Shown one piece after another: positions 19,331-29,175 of a stretch of 64,000 nt of DNA. Positions within the stretch are counted from its first letter, which is position 1. The number at the start of each line of letters is the position of its first letter. The position numbers and the translations under genes were made by a program. The DNA comes from a virus: IMG/VR virus record IMGVR_UViG_3300020027_000005, positions 1-64,000 of that record. One strand, 5' to 3'. Below the pieces are notes generated by a model, which did no database searches, was not told where the DNA came from, and saw only the letters and a list, made by a program, of their open reading frames with translations.

Positions 19331-22300
19331 ATGTCTATCTCCAGAGACGATGTTCGGGAGGCCGTAGAGAGGTACATCCCCCGAACTGCGAACTTCGCCC
19401 GGTCTGCGGACCTGGGGGAGTTGAATCGCGAAGAAGTCTTCGACAGACTGCTTCACATCGTTCTGTCTGCACTCCTCGTCGATCCTGATGCAGTTTTCTT
19501 TTCCGTGTACTTGTCGACGCAGCGTCTGCTTCAAGACATTCAGGTTGCGCTCGACGCACTCATCGACTTGGATTCCATCGACCAACTTCGAGGAATCTCG
19601 CCTCTCCCTCCGATTCGCCTCGAGGATTTGAGCAAGCTCGAAGACGCGCAGAGTTCACTCATCGGAATGAGTGCCGCCCTCGTCGACAACCTCTTCGGCA
19701 TCAACCAGTTCAACGCATTCTCGGAGGACATCACTTCCTTCCTGGTCGAGAGCGTCGTCCCGAACGTTCTCAACGGAGGGAACAACGAGAAGTCCTCTGC
19801 GGCGATTCGAGGGTCTCTCCAGAAGGTGGCGGATGCCTGGGACGCAGTCCTGGAGCGGAGAGCCCAGATCCCGACGGCAGTGGAGGAGTACGAAAATCTG
19901 GACTTGAGAGTCCAGGTTTCCTCCACCGTGATCTCTTCCATCCGGGAGAAGATCATCGAACTCCGGACCACGCTTCCGACTCTGGCTACGACCGAACACG
20001 GGAAGCAGTCCGAGCAGATTCTGGTGGATCTGGCCGCAGCGGTGGCCTCTCTTCGGGTCATCGCCCTTTCGCCTACGCCCTTCGGTCAACAGATTTTGGG
20101 ACCGTTGGACGACGGCTACACCGACGCCGAGTACTTGTTGACGGAGGGAACTGCGACTATCGAGCCTCTTCGGCCTCTTCTGAAAGGCGATGACGGGAAG
20201 CTCTTCTTCGACTCGGTTCTGGTGAGTTCCGCCGGGCAGACGGTCACCGACGGAGACGACTTCACAGCTGAGTTCACGGACCCCGATGTCTCGGACTTCA
20301 CGACGGTGGTGTCTGCTGGACAGTTCCTTACCCTCGTGAACTCAGGGGAGAGGTTTCAACTCAACGCGGTCGTAGCCGCTGCGTTGACCTTGGACGGGGA
20401 GACCCGACACCTGGCCGCCTCTCCGCAGCGCTACGTCGTGACAGAGACGCCTCCAGGGACATTCTTCCGGAGCCTCGAGACCGACTTCTGGGACGAATAC
20501 ACCGGAGGTAGGACCGCGAGCACCGTTCTTCTCTCGGGTACGAACGGGTCCTGGGTTCGTATCGACAAGGTGGTGGGCAGTGACGGACGGAACATCAAGG
20601 CTCAAGGAACTGCAGGAGTTGCTCGACCCTTCAAGGCCGAGGGTGGTTTCGGTCTCCAAGACGGAGGGGGGACCGCATTCCTTGATGTTACGACCCCCGC
20701 CGCCTTCCTCTCTGACGGGGTCCTGCCGGGAGATCATCTCCTGGTGGACGGGGCGAACGCCACCGGAAACCCCTACACCGTCCTCTCCCTCGTAGCGGAA
20801 GAGGCGCTCTTCGTTGTCGAGACCTTCCCAGGTCCTGGAGACTTCTCTTCGGACTGGATTGTCGAAGAAGCGGATGCCGATCATCTCTTTGTCGTCGACG
20901 AGGATGTCTTCGAAAGAGGGGTTGTGGTCGGGGATGTCATCTTCTTCCTGAACGTCGGGCCGATTCTCACTGCCGAAATCACAGAGATTCGAGGGGTCAA
21001 TCTTCTCCTCACCGACTTCTTCTTCGACGAGAATCAGGCGGGTATTGAATGGGAGATTCGCTATTCGGACCTTTTGTTCATCTCGGACACGGCGAACTTC
21101 CTTTCGAACAACGTAGTTCCGGGCGACATTCTCGAGGTCCAGGGTGTGGAGGACTACACCATCGTTTCGGTCGACTCCCAGACCCAGCTCACGGTCGACC
21201 CAGAGATTGACTCCTTTTTCGTCGGAAAGAATTTCCTGGTTTACCCGGACCCGACGATTACTACAAAATTCGTTCAGACCGATGTGGACTTCGAAGCCCA
21301 CGGCATCGGTGCCTTCTTCGAAGGTGTTCAGGTCATCCTGAATGCGGAGACTGGAGATCTGAACGTGGTTCGGCTCGATCCAGACGACCCGGTGCAGGCA
21401 CTTCGCGTCGAGACTCCGGTGTCGGTCGATGCGGGTCCGTTGAACTGGACCCTTCGTGCAGGCGACGAGACGGATCTATTCAACGATCCGAGCGGTCCTT
21501 TCGCCAACTACGAAGCCGGCGACATCATCGTCTACAGGCCGGGGACTGTCGACGAAAGACGTGTCGGCATTCAAGAGGTCCTTGGCCCGCAGTCTGTCCG
21601 GCTGGCTGGAACTCTCCCGCAGGGTGAGGTCGACATTCCCTATGCCGTGATCTCGGTCTGCAAGGGAGGAGTCCAGCTCATCGTTTCTGGTCGACGGCAC
21701 TCCGTGATCAGCGTGGTCGACCGGCACACGCTCCAGGTCCAGCCTCCTCTCGCATTGACCATCGGCAAGGACGTGGAGTTCCTCATCGTTCGGAGTGGAA
21801 GCACTCCGCTTGCGTACCACCTCGTCGATGAGGTCACGGCCCAGACCTTTGGCGTTCAGGGTTTCCCTGCCTCCATCGTAGGGTCGGACTTCGAACTCAT
21901 GAGCGGGCAGCAGGTGAAGGGAAGGGTCACCGCTCGGGTCGATGCGAATGACGATACCCGTTTCGAGAGCTTCAACATCACGGCCCAGCTGCGCATTGGT
22001 CAGAGAAAGGCAGCCTACAGACTCCGAACCCTCCTCTCGAACACGACGAACAAGTTCAAGACCGATTCCTCCAGCCCACTCCCAGCTGCCGGAGACATCC
22101 TCACCGTCTGGGGCCAGGCTCGGACTTTCGAGATTCTGGAAGTGGCGCTGGTTGGTTCGGACATCGTCCTCACGATCGACGGACTTCTTCCGGCCAGGCT
22201 CGAGGAGCAGTCTTTCGTCGTAGTAAGAGGAGGTTCCAGAAACCACGGAAGGTTCCTCCTCCTCCAGCAGAAGTTGGCGACTCTCGCCCAGGATGACGAC

Positions 22301-23314
22301 ACGTCCTCGCTTCGTCTGGCTGTGGCGGAAGTCCTTCTCGATTTCGGTTCAAACACTCAGCCGATCGCTGCTGGAGTGGGTGCCGACCTGACGTTCGACG
22401 AGGACGGAGATGGGCTTACGGACACCATCACCGTCAGCACCGCCACCTTCGTGACTGACGGAGTGGAGTTCGGGCACCGAGTAGACGTGGTGTATCCAGG
22501 CCCGACTTCTCGGCGTTCATACGTCATTGAGGTCGTGAGCGAAACGGTACTTAAAGTGGACCCTGCCGTACCGGTGTCTGTCACTCCCTTGGCTTGGGCC
22601 ATCGTTCGATCGAGCGTCTCGAACGCCCTCGACGATGTGCTGCAGCTTCGGACACAGATGGAAGATCTCCAGGAGATCGTAAATCTCTACGTTGTCGAAC
22701 AGAACGCCACGGTCTTGAACGCCCTGAACATGTTGAAGAAGCATCGGATGGACCGGGCCATCGACTTGTTCTACGACGGGCAACTCGCAGAGTTCGTGGC
22801 CATGGAGTCCACGGACAGCAGCTACGCGAGTCAGGCTCGCAGCTCCATCCAGACCGTCGGAGCTGCGACGACTCCATCCGAGGACGTTGTTTCCAGTTCC
22901 TCGCAGCAGGTGAGTTCCGGAAACAACCTTTCTGGAGTGGATCCGGTCACAGGGAAGGCGGCTCCGAGTAGCACCTTTGCTTCGGCTACCCAGAGCCAGG
23001 CCATTGGCACAGACGAAGTCGAGACTCGAATCGCCTTGTCGAAGGCTGTGACCGAACTCGTGGCCGATGAACAGATTCGATCGATGCTCACGCTCAGCCT
23101 GGATGAAGCACGAAACAGAGGAATCTACGAGCTGAACGGGGAGATTCAAAGTGGTGTAATCTCCGATCAGGACTCGACCCTTCCCTGGCTCGATAAGACA
23201 GGGTCCGTGAAAGACAGGCTCATCGAGAAGGCGCAGGCTGCCATGGATGCCATCCAGTACATGCTGGACCATCCAGATGAATTCGACGACGTGGCTTCAG
23301 AGGACTCCGGATGA
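19331..23314 (+). CDS. Large acidic baseplate-associated protein with tandem beta modules
   Basis: 1327 aa; helical ends; several F..F..GVxxGD.L...Y.I..V repeats in the middle; directly upstream of the gp25-like gene. Confidence 0.7.
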   Translation: MSISRDDVREAVERYIPRTANFARSADLGELNREEVFDRLLHIVLSALLVDPDAVFFSVYLSTQRLLQDIQVALDALIDLDSIDQLRGISPLPPIRLEDLSKLEDAQSSLIGMSAALVDNLFGINQFNAFSEDITSFLVESVVPNVLNGGNNEKSSAAIRGSLQKVADAWDAVLERRAQIPTAVEEYENLDLRVQVSSTVISSIREKIIELRTTLPTLATTEHGKQSEQILVDLAAAVASLRVIALSPTPFGQQILGPLDDGYTDAEYLLTEGTATIEPLRPLLKGDDGKLFFDSVLVSSAGQTVTDGDDFTAEFTDPDVSDFTTVVSAGQFLTLVNSGERFQLNAVVAAALTLDGETRHLAASPQRYVVTETPPGTFFRSLETDFWDEYTGGRTASTVLLSGTNGSWVRIDKVVGSDGRNIKAQGTAGVARPFKAEGGFGLQDGGGTAFLDVTTPAAFLSDGVLPGDHLLVDGANATGNPYTVLSLVAEEALFVVETFPGPGDFSSDWIVEEADADHLFVVDEDVFERGVVVGDVIFFLNVGPILTAEITEIRGVNLLLTDFFFDENQAGIEWEIRYSDLLFISDTANFLSNNVVPGDILEVQGVEDYTIVSVDSQTQLTVDPEIDSFFVGKNFLVYPDPTITTKFVQTDVDFEAHGIGAFFEGVQVILNAETGDLNVVRLDPDDPVQALRVETPVSVDAGPLNWTLRAGDETDLFNDPSGPFANYEAGDIIVYRPGTVDERRVGIQEVLGPQSVRLAGTLPQGEVDIPYAVISVCKGGVQLIVSGRRHSVISVVDRHTLQVQPPLALTIGKDVEFLIVRSGSTPLAYHLVDEVTAQTFGVQGFPASIVGSDFELMSGQQVKGRVTARVDANDDTRFESFNITAQLRIGQRKAAYRLRTLLSNTTNKFKTDSSSPLPAAGDILTVWGQARTFEILEVALVGSDIVLTIDGLLPARLEEQSFVVVRGGSRNHGRFLLLQQKLATLAQDDDTSSLRLAVAEVLLDFGSNTQPIAAGVGADLTFDEDGDGLTDTITVSTATFVTDGVEFGHRVDVVYPGPTSRRSYVIEVVSETVLKVDPAVPVSVTPLAWAIVRSSVSNALDDVLQLRTQMEDLQEIVNLYVVEQNATVLNALNMLKKHRMDRAIDLFYDGQLAEFVAMESTDSSYASQARSSIQTVGAATTPSEDVVSSSSQQVSSGNNLSGVDPVTGKAAPSSTFASATQSQAIGTDEVETRIALSKAVTELVADEQIRSMLTLSLDEARNRGIYELNGEIQSGVISDQDSTLPWLDKTGSVKDRLIEKAQAAMDAIQYMLDHPDEFDDVASEDSG

Positions 23315-23973
23315 TCGATGTGCAGTTCATCTCTCTTGTGGATGAGCTTCAGGTTCTGGCCGCCGTAGAGGTGCCGGATGCAGAACCTCGAGCCATTCGA
23401 CTGCAGTCGAGGGGCGGTTTCTTCGACGCACAACGGGTTCTCATTAATGACTTTGGAGTCGACACCTTTACGGTGGTGAACGACAACTTCCTCCTGGTGA
23501 ATCCCCCGAATCAGTTCTCTACAATCACCGTGGCTCAGATGGACTTCGCGGTGGTGTCGGGTTCCTACACGGGCGGTCGATCTGCCCGTCTGGTCTTCGG
23601 TCCCACGAAGACTGTTCGGAAAGTCGAAGGACTTCAGAAGCTGGTCCAGCAGGTGGTGAAGACCTTCTTGTCGAACGTCGGGTCGAACAAGTTCGCACGC
23701 AACGACGGGGGAGATCTTCTCCGGTCCCTCGGGGCCACGCTAAGCCCCGAGGGCCGTGCAAAAGTGACGGCCTCCGTTTCGCAAGCGGTTTCTCGAACGG
23801 AGGAACAGGTTCGAGCAGCGCAGCTTCGTGTACGGGGCCTGCCGACCGTGGAGAGGCTGCTCTCGCTCCAGCTCGACGGCGTCGTCTACCTCGCGGACCA
23901 GTTCAAGGTAGAAGCCAAGGTCAGGCTCGTGACGTTCGCTGGAAAGGCGATCGACATTCCACTGACTTTGTAA
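23311..23973 (+). CDS. Baseplate wedge protein, gp25-like
   Basis: VEGLQKLVQQVVKTFLSNVGSNKF..GG.L...ERLLSL; precedes the baseplate J-like gene. Confidence 0.65.
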   Translation: MIDVQFISLVDELQVLAAVEVPDAEPRAIRLQSRGGFFDAQRVLINDFGVDTFTVVNDNFLLVNPPNQFSTITVAQMDFAVVSGSYTGGRSARLVFGPTKTVRKVEGLQKLVQQVVKTFLSNVGSNKFARNDGGDLLRSLGATLSPEGRAKVTASVSQAVSRTEEQVRAAQLRVRGLPTVERLLSLQLDGVVYLADQFKVEAKVRLVTFAGKAIDIPLTL

Positions 23974-23982
23974 AGAGGGCTC

Positions 23983-26586
23983 ATGGCAACGGACGCAACT
24001 CTTCAGGAGCTGGCCCTCGAGCTGATGGCTGACTTCGACTCGACCATCGACACGTCGGAAGGCTCTCCATTTCGCACGAAGTTCCTGACCCCCTTCCTCA
24101 CCCGGGTGGGTGGGAATCCTCTCGATGGAGACCTGGAGACCTTCCTCGTTTCGCGTCTCGAGACCGAGATTCCGAGCATCGATGTGTCCCCGCTTGCGGG
24201 TATGCGAGACCTCGTCATCCGAGCGTGTACGGCCATCCTGGCTCCGTTCCGTCGGGAGATCTCGGCTCTCAAGCTGACCCAGAGTCTCTCGAAGTACCAG
24301 AGCATGACGAGGGCCGAGCTCAACGCCCTCCTTGCAAACTTCTTCACCGAGCTTCGGGAAGGGTCGGTCTCTGTGGGCATCGTCCGGATGCTCTTTCCCT
24401 CTCCCCGGTCGGTGACGGTGACTCCGCTCACCCAGTTCTCGACGGGGACGGGTCTGAACTTCTTCCCACAGACCGCCCAGTCGCTGACCTCGGTGCAGAT
24501 GTCCTTCAACCAAGACGGAAGCCTGTTCTTCATGGACATCCTCGTCCAGGCGGAGAGTCCAGGAGAGGCCTACAACCTGGAGCCTGACTCCATCACTTCG
24601 GTGATCGGAATCAACGGGGTCACCAGGGTCACGAATCTCGGGAAATTCGAGGACGGTCTCTCGGAAGAGACGAAGGACGAGGGCGTCGCCCGGACTCAGA
24701 ACTCCATTACAATCCGGAACCTGATCACCGACCGCGGCGTAAAGTTCGTTCTTCCCGAGAACTTCCCTGCGGTCGAAACCCTCCAGGTGATCGGGCATGG
24801 TGATCCTGAAATGGACCGGGACGTGGTCTACGGGCCTGTCGCCATTTCCGACATTCCAGGAGGTATCACCGGAAAGGACGACCCCGGTCTCGGCGGAGGG
24901 GAGCAGATCCACATCGGAGGTAAGACCGACATCTACGTCTACCAGGCCGTTCCGGATCAGGATGACGTAGATATCGAAGACCTCACCGACAAGGGGTTCC
25001 GGATCTTCGCAGGAGTCCATGGCTATACAGATGCCGGTTCTCCCACGACAACGTTCAAGGATGATTTCGGGTTCTTCGACAAGCGAGGAGTTGCAGCAGG
25101 TGATTTCCTTCTCCTCGACAACCTCGTCAACGAGGTCGTGACTGTCGGAACATCAAACCTCGAGGTGATCGATCCTCTCGACGCTTCGCAATTCGGAAAG
25201 GTCTACGAGATCATCCGGAAGGTTCCAGGCTTCCTGACCGTCCCCCTCTACGACCTGGTTGCAGAGGACGCTGATGGGAACCCGGTCATCGATGCGGACG
25301 ACGACCCGATCTGTCCGATCCCCGGTTCCACTACCAAGGTCCCCCTCGTCCTCTCTTCGGTCGAGGTCAAGAAGTCCACAGTCGACTGGTCGAGCATCGC
25401 CAGGTCGAATGTGAAGCTTCCGCTCCTGCGGGTGGTGTCTGTCGAGCGGTTGGACCCGATCACCCTCGAAGGTTCGGCCCTCTTCATTCCCATGAGAGAC
25501 CCGATCTTGGCTGTGGTCATTGGCGACGATTTCGCAGGTGGAACCGTCAGTACGAAAGCCCAGGGAACCATCAGGGTCTACTTCCGAGATCCGGTGAACG
25601 CCTGGGTAACAAGAGCGGACACCCGGTTCCTGAGCGCGGAGACTTTCAGCTTCCGTCCCATCACCGAGGTGTCGGGCACGGACCACACCAGCACAGCCTC
25701 TGGAACTTCGGGAGGGAACACCATTACCCTTACGAATGGGAACTTCTCGGCAGCGGGTCTCGACGTCTTCCGTCCTGGATACCGCATCGAGATTCCGAGT
25801 GGAGCCGGTGCCGGGACCTACACCGTTGTCTCCGGGGTGTTTTCCACTCCGAATACCATTCTCACCATTCGAGAAGATCTCCCGGCTACCTTCTCCTTGG
25901 CGAACTGGGGTGCGCACGTTGGCCGACTCGAGTCTACGGACCAGCTCGACGAGACCCTGGGGCTCTCGTACCTGGACGTGGAAGTCGAAGCGATGGTCAA
26001 CGGCACGAACATGAACTTGGCTGAAGACACTCCGTTCCCAGACATCGTCTCTCTGGATTCGGAGGGCTGGTCTCTCGAAACGACGAAGAACGTCACCTCT
26101 TTCTCGACTCGAGAGCTTCCCTACATCCAGTTCACGGAGTGGGTGAGTGACGATCTGTTCCTCGGCGATCCGCTCGACGCACCCGCAGTCCGTGTCTCCT
26201 ACGAACATGCCAGCACTCTGAAGGATCTGCAGACTTTCGCGGATGCTGCAGCAAACCGAATCGTCGCCGAGGAAGTTCTGATTCGGCACTACCTCCCGGC
26301 CTACGTCCGGACAGTTGCAGTCATTGGTGGAATCTCGGTGGAGGACAGCAAGGAGAGAGTCGTCGAGTTCATCAACGCTCTCGATCCACTCGTTGAACTC
26401 CAGGTCTCGGACGTGATCGGCGACCTCACCAAGGCGGGTGTCACGAGCGTCGAGCTTCCTTTGTTCCTCGTGTCTTTGGCCCAGGACTCGTTTCGAAACT
26501 GGACCGGACTCATCAGCCAGAACACTCTCGGATCCAACAGGATTCAACACTTCATCGCGGACGAGTCCGCAATCGTCATCTCCTAG
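23983..26586 (+). CDS. Baseplate J / gp6-like wedge protein
   Basis: LNALLANFF..REG..SVG.V; VQAESPGEAYN...VTNL..FEDGLSEET...R pattern typical of baseplate J. Confidence 0.8.
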   Translation: MATDATLQELALELMADFDSTIDTSEGSPFRTKFLTPFLTRVGGNPLDGDLETFLVSRLETEIPSIDVSPLAGMRDLVIRACTAILAPFRREISALKLTQSLSKYQSMTRAELNALLANFFTELREGSVSVGIVRMLFPSPRSVTVTPLTQFSTGTGLNFFPQTAQSLTSVQMSFNQDGSLFFMDILVQAESPGEAYNLEPDSITSVIGINGVTRVTNLGKFEDGLSEETKDEGVARTQNSITIRNLITDRGVKFVLPENFPAVETLQVIGHGDPEMDRDVVYGPVAISDIPGGITGKDDPGLGGGEQIHIGGKTDIYVYQAVPDQDDVDIEDLTDKGFRIFAGVHGYTDAGSPTTTFKDDFGFFDKRGVAAGDFLLLDNLVNEVVTVGTSNLEVIDPLDASQFGKVYEIIRKVPGFLTVPLYDLVAEDADGNPVIDADDDPICPIPGSTTKVPLVLSSVEVKKSTVDWSSIARSNVKLPLLRVVSVERLDPITLEGSALFIPMRDPILAVVIGDDFAGGTVSTKAQGTIRVYFRDPVNAWVTRADTRFLSAETFSFRPITEVSGTDHTSTASGTSGGNTITLTNGNFSAAGLDVFRPGYRIEIPSGAGAGTYTVVSGVFSTPNTILTIREDLPATFSLANWGAHVGRLESTDQLDETLGLSYLDVEVEAMVNGTNMNLAEDTPFPDIVSLDSEGWSLETTKNVTSFSTRELPYIQFTEWVSDDLFLGDPLDAPAVRVSYEHASTLKDLQTFADAAANRIVAEEVLIRHYLPAYVRTVAVIGGISVEDSKERVVEFINALDPLVELQVSDVIGDLTKAGVTSVELPLFLVSLAQDSFRNWTGLISQNTLGSNRIQHFIADESAIVIS

Positions 26587-26749
26587 GAGGGCATCCGGGG
26601 CATTCGTTGAATACTTGTCCGTTCTCCAGCTTGGGGACGAGGAGTTGGCCACAGTCCTTGCACCGGAGAGGTTCCTGAAGTGAGGGCAGGGTCGGTTCTT
26701 CTTCCAGAATTTCCCGAACTTCTTCCTCTGTCAGAGTGCGGATGGGCAT
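26576..26749 (-). CDS. Small zinc-ribbon protein, antisense to the late operon
   Basis: CKDCG...CPGC; GGAG RBS before the ATG at 26749; occupies an otherwise empty gap. Confidence 0.65.
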   Translation of the reverse strand: MPIRTLTEEEVREILEEEPTLPSLQEPLRCKDCGQLLVPKLENGQVFNECPGCPPRR

Positions 26750-26803
26750 CAGGTCTCCAGGCGAGAACATCGGGTAGGATAGCCTTCAAAATCAGGTAGG
26801 TCG

Positions 26804-27487
26804 ATGCGCCACGAAGCACAGCACTGGGATCGGATTCGGGCCACGGTCGAAATGGTCCGGCCCATGGGCAATGGCCTCACAGGGTTGACCCCTGTCGTGA
26901 CCATTCAGCGGCTTTCCGATGGCCAGTTCCTGGCGAACGGCGGGGCTTCCTGGGCTGCAGGTGTTGCAACGAACAACATGGTCGAGGTCAGTTCTTCAAA
27001 TCTTCCCGGACTCTACTCTTTTGCAATCCCTTCCGGCGCTTTGACCTATCTCCAAGGCTTGGCCGGGTACAGGTTCAAGATCACGGAGGCGACAGAGAAC
27101 CTCCTCGAGTACGTGTCCGTCGCTGGCCTTCGGTCGGAGTGGGACGAACTCACTGCTTCTCACGTCGTGGCGAATACCTTCGGAGTCGGGTCTCTCCCTC
27201 CCTCGGCAGCGGCCATCGCCGACCAGGTCTGGGACGAAGACATCTCCGGCCACACCTCGGCTTCGAGCGCAGGTCGAATGCTGCACATCATCATGAGTCT
27301 CGGTCACGGAAACCATCGTCTCCGGAATCCTGTGTTCGACTCTGAAGGTCGCATGACGGAGTGTGAACTCCGGACTTTCGCCAACACTTCGGATGCGAAT
27401 TCTGACTCGAACGCGCTCGCGACCTTTACCATGGAAATGACCTACGACGCCTTCGGGAATCTCGCCTCGCTGCTCTCGAGGAACTAG
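26804..27487 (+). CDS. Hypothetical virion protein
   Basis: GLTGLTP...EV...LPGLY; IADQVWDE motif. Confidence 0.7.
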   Translation: MRHEAQHWDRIRATVEMVRPMGNGLTGLTPVVTIQRLSDGQFLANGGASWAAGVATNNMVEVSSSNLPGLYSFAIPSGALTYLQGLAGYRFKITEATENLLEYVSVAGLRSEWDELTASHVVANTFGVGSLPPSAAAIADQVWDEDISGHTSASSAGRMLHIIMSLGHGNHRLRNPVFDSEGRMTECELRTFANTSDANSDSNALATFTMEMTYDAFGNLASLLSRN

Positions 27488-29175
27488 TGGCTCACGTCGG
27501 TCTCGCCACTGCCATCGCAACGAGGGGCATCACGAACGTCAATCCCATCGGGGGAGGCGGTCGTGCGACGTGGGGCTACATCACCCAAGGAATTCCAGTC
27601 GACCTGGAATCCATCGTCCCTGCTCCTCTGCTTTCTACAGCAGCGCACGACGAGAACGGCATCCAGCGGCTGCTAAACAATAACGTCGTCGACATCCGGT
27701 ACACGGAGGTCTTCCGCAGTGTTTTCTGGCATCCGGACCGGGAATATACCGGGTTCGCTGCAGACGGATTCTGGTACACCGACGGCCTCCTGGACCCGAC
27801 CCACGTTCCCTTCAAAGCGACCTGGGCTCAGGAAGGAGAAAGCGAAGCGTCGATCAATAGAGGAGACCTCGACCGGTTCCCGAAGAAGATTCTGGTCGTG
27901 GCGACGGTTCAGGAAATCGCCATCTTCAATGCTGATGACCTGACTCTTTGGATGCGGTTCAACCTGGCGGTGGTCTCTCCTCCAGGTTTCGGCCCCTTCC
28001 TCGGGGCCCCCTCCTTCGAGATTCGGTCGGTCAGCTTCGACAACGGATTCCTCGTCGTGGCGACGAATGGGGGACTCCGAATCGCGGACTTCCGTACCGA
28101 CAAGGCTTTGGCACTGGGGTCCGCAAGTTCCAAACGTTCTGTGACCACGGGTCTCGCAAACAGAAATTCCAGCACCTACATGGATGGCTCCACCATCAGC
28201 CTCTTCATCTCGTCGGATGACTGCTTGATGGTGGATACCGAGATCCTCTCTCTTCCTTCTGGTGCGGTGAAGAGGGGCTACACGGTCTGTGCTCTGGCTC
28301 ATCCTGTCGGGTTCGACGGGATCATTCTCTCGAAGCCTGGCATCTCCGCACCGACCGTAAAGGCGACGATCATCGACAAGAACGTCACCAGCGCCTGGGA
28401 AGTGGACGACGACGAAGACGGGGACACCGAGAGCCCCTTCTTCATCGACGCTGGAACCAGCTGGCTCGGTCAACAGGTCGCACCCGGGGACATTCTCAGC
28501 ACGGATGCCGCAACCGAACACACGGTCGTCGCGATCGAGCAGATCGTTCCGGGGTCTCATCTCGTTCTCGATCCCGAGCTCGAACTCGACCAGGCAGGGG
28601 CCGAGTACACCATTCGTCGCCAGGTACCCGTCGTTCGGATCAACGCACAGGCTGGTTGTTACTTCGCAAATGGCGAAAACAGAGTAACCAGTGTCCAGAC
28701 TACCGACTGGTTCGAGGGTGGGACACCCATCTTCACGAACCTCTCCACGGGTCATGCGACCGCAGGGCTCAATGCCACGGTCGATTCCATCAACGACCTG
28801 TTCGTGACCGCGACGGGTGACGTGTACATCGCCACCTCCATCGGCATCTTCTACATCTCGGCGGAGGACCTCGACGAAAACCGGACGGCAGTCTTCACCT
28901 ACTCCTCGACTTCCGTGGCCACAGGAACGGCCACCTACCAGATCCTCGAAGGGGTTGGAGAGTCCTGCCCGGCAGTGGCTGTGGACCCGGAGACCGGAAA
29001 CGTTCTTGTGGTTCTGGACGAGATCGAAGGGGCGGTCACCGTGAAGTCGGTCATCTCCGAAATCAACCCGAACATTCACCAGACTTTCCGGTACTTCGAC
29101 CAGGTGGGGATTGTCCGAGCCCTTGTTTCGTACCGGAACCCGACAGGGCCTCCAGACAACACCGAGGTGGAGTGA
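27487..29175 (+). CDS. Hypothetical virion protein (possible beta-propeller)
   Basis: LVVATNGGL and VYIATSIGI propeller-like blades; one GVxxGD-like module. Confidence 0.65.
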   Translation: MAHVGLATAIATRGITNVNPIGGGGRATWGYITQGIPVDLESIVPAPLLSTAAHDENGIQRLLNNNVVDIRYTEVFRSVFWHPDREYTGFAADGFWYTDGLLDPTHVPFKATWAQEGESEASINRGDLDRFPKKILVVATVQEIAIFNADDLTLWMRFNLAVVSPPGFGPFLGAPSFEIRSVSFDNGFLVVATNGGLRIADFRTDKALALGSASSKRSVTTGLANRNSSTYMDGSTISLFISSDDCLMVDTEILSLPSGAVKRGYTVCALAHPVGFDGIILSKPGISAPTVKATIIDKNVTSAWEVDDDEDGDTESPFFIDAGTSWLGQQVAPGDILSTDAATEHTVVAIEQIVPGSHLVLDPELELDQAGAEYTIRRQVPVVRINAQAGCYFANGENRVTSVQTTDWFEGGTPIFTNLSTGHATAGLNATVDSINDLFVTATGDVYIATSIGIFYISAEDLDENRTAVFTYSSTSVATGTATYQILEGVGESCPAVAVDPETGNVLVVLDEIEGAVTVKSVISEINPNIHQTFRYFDQVGIVRALVSYRNPTGPPDNTEVE

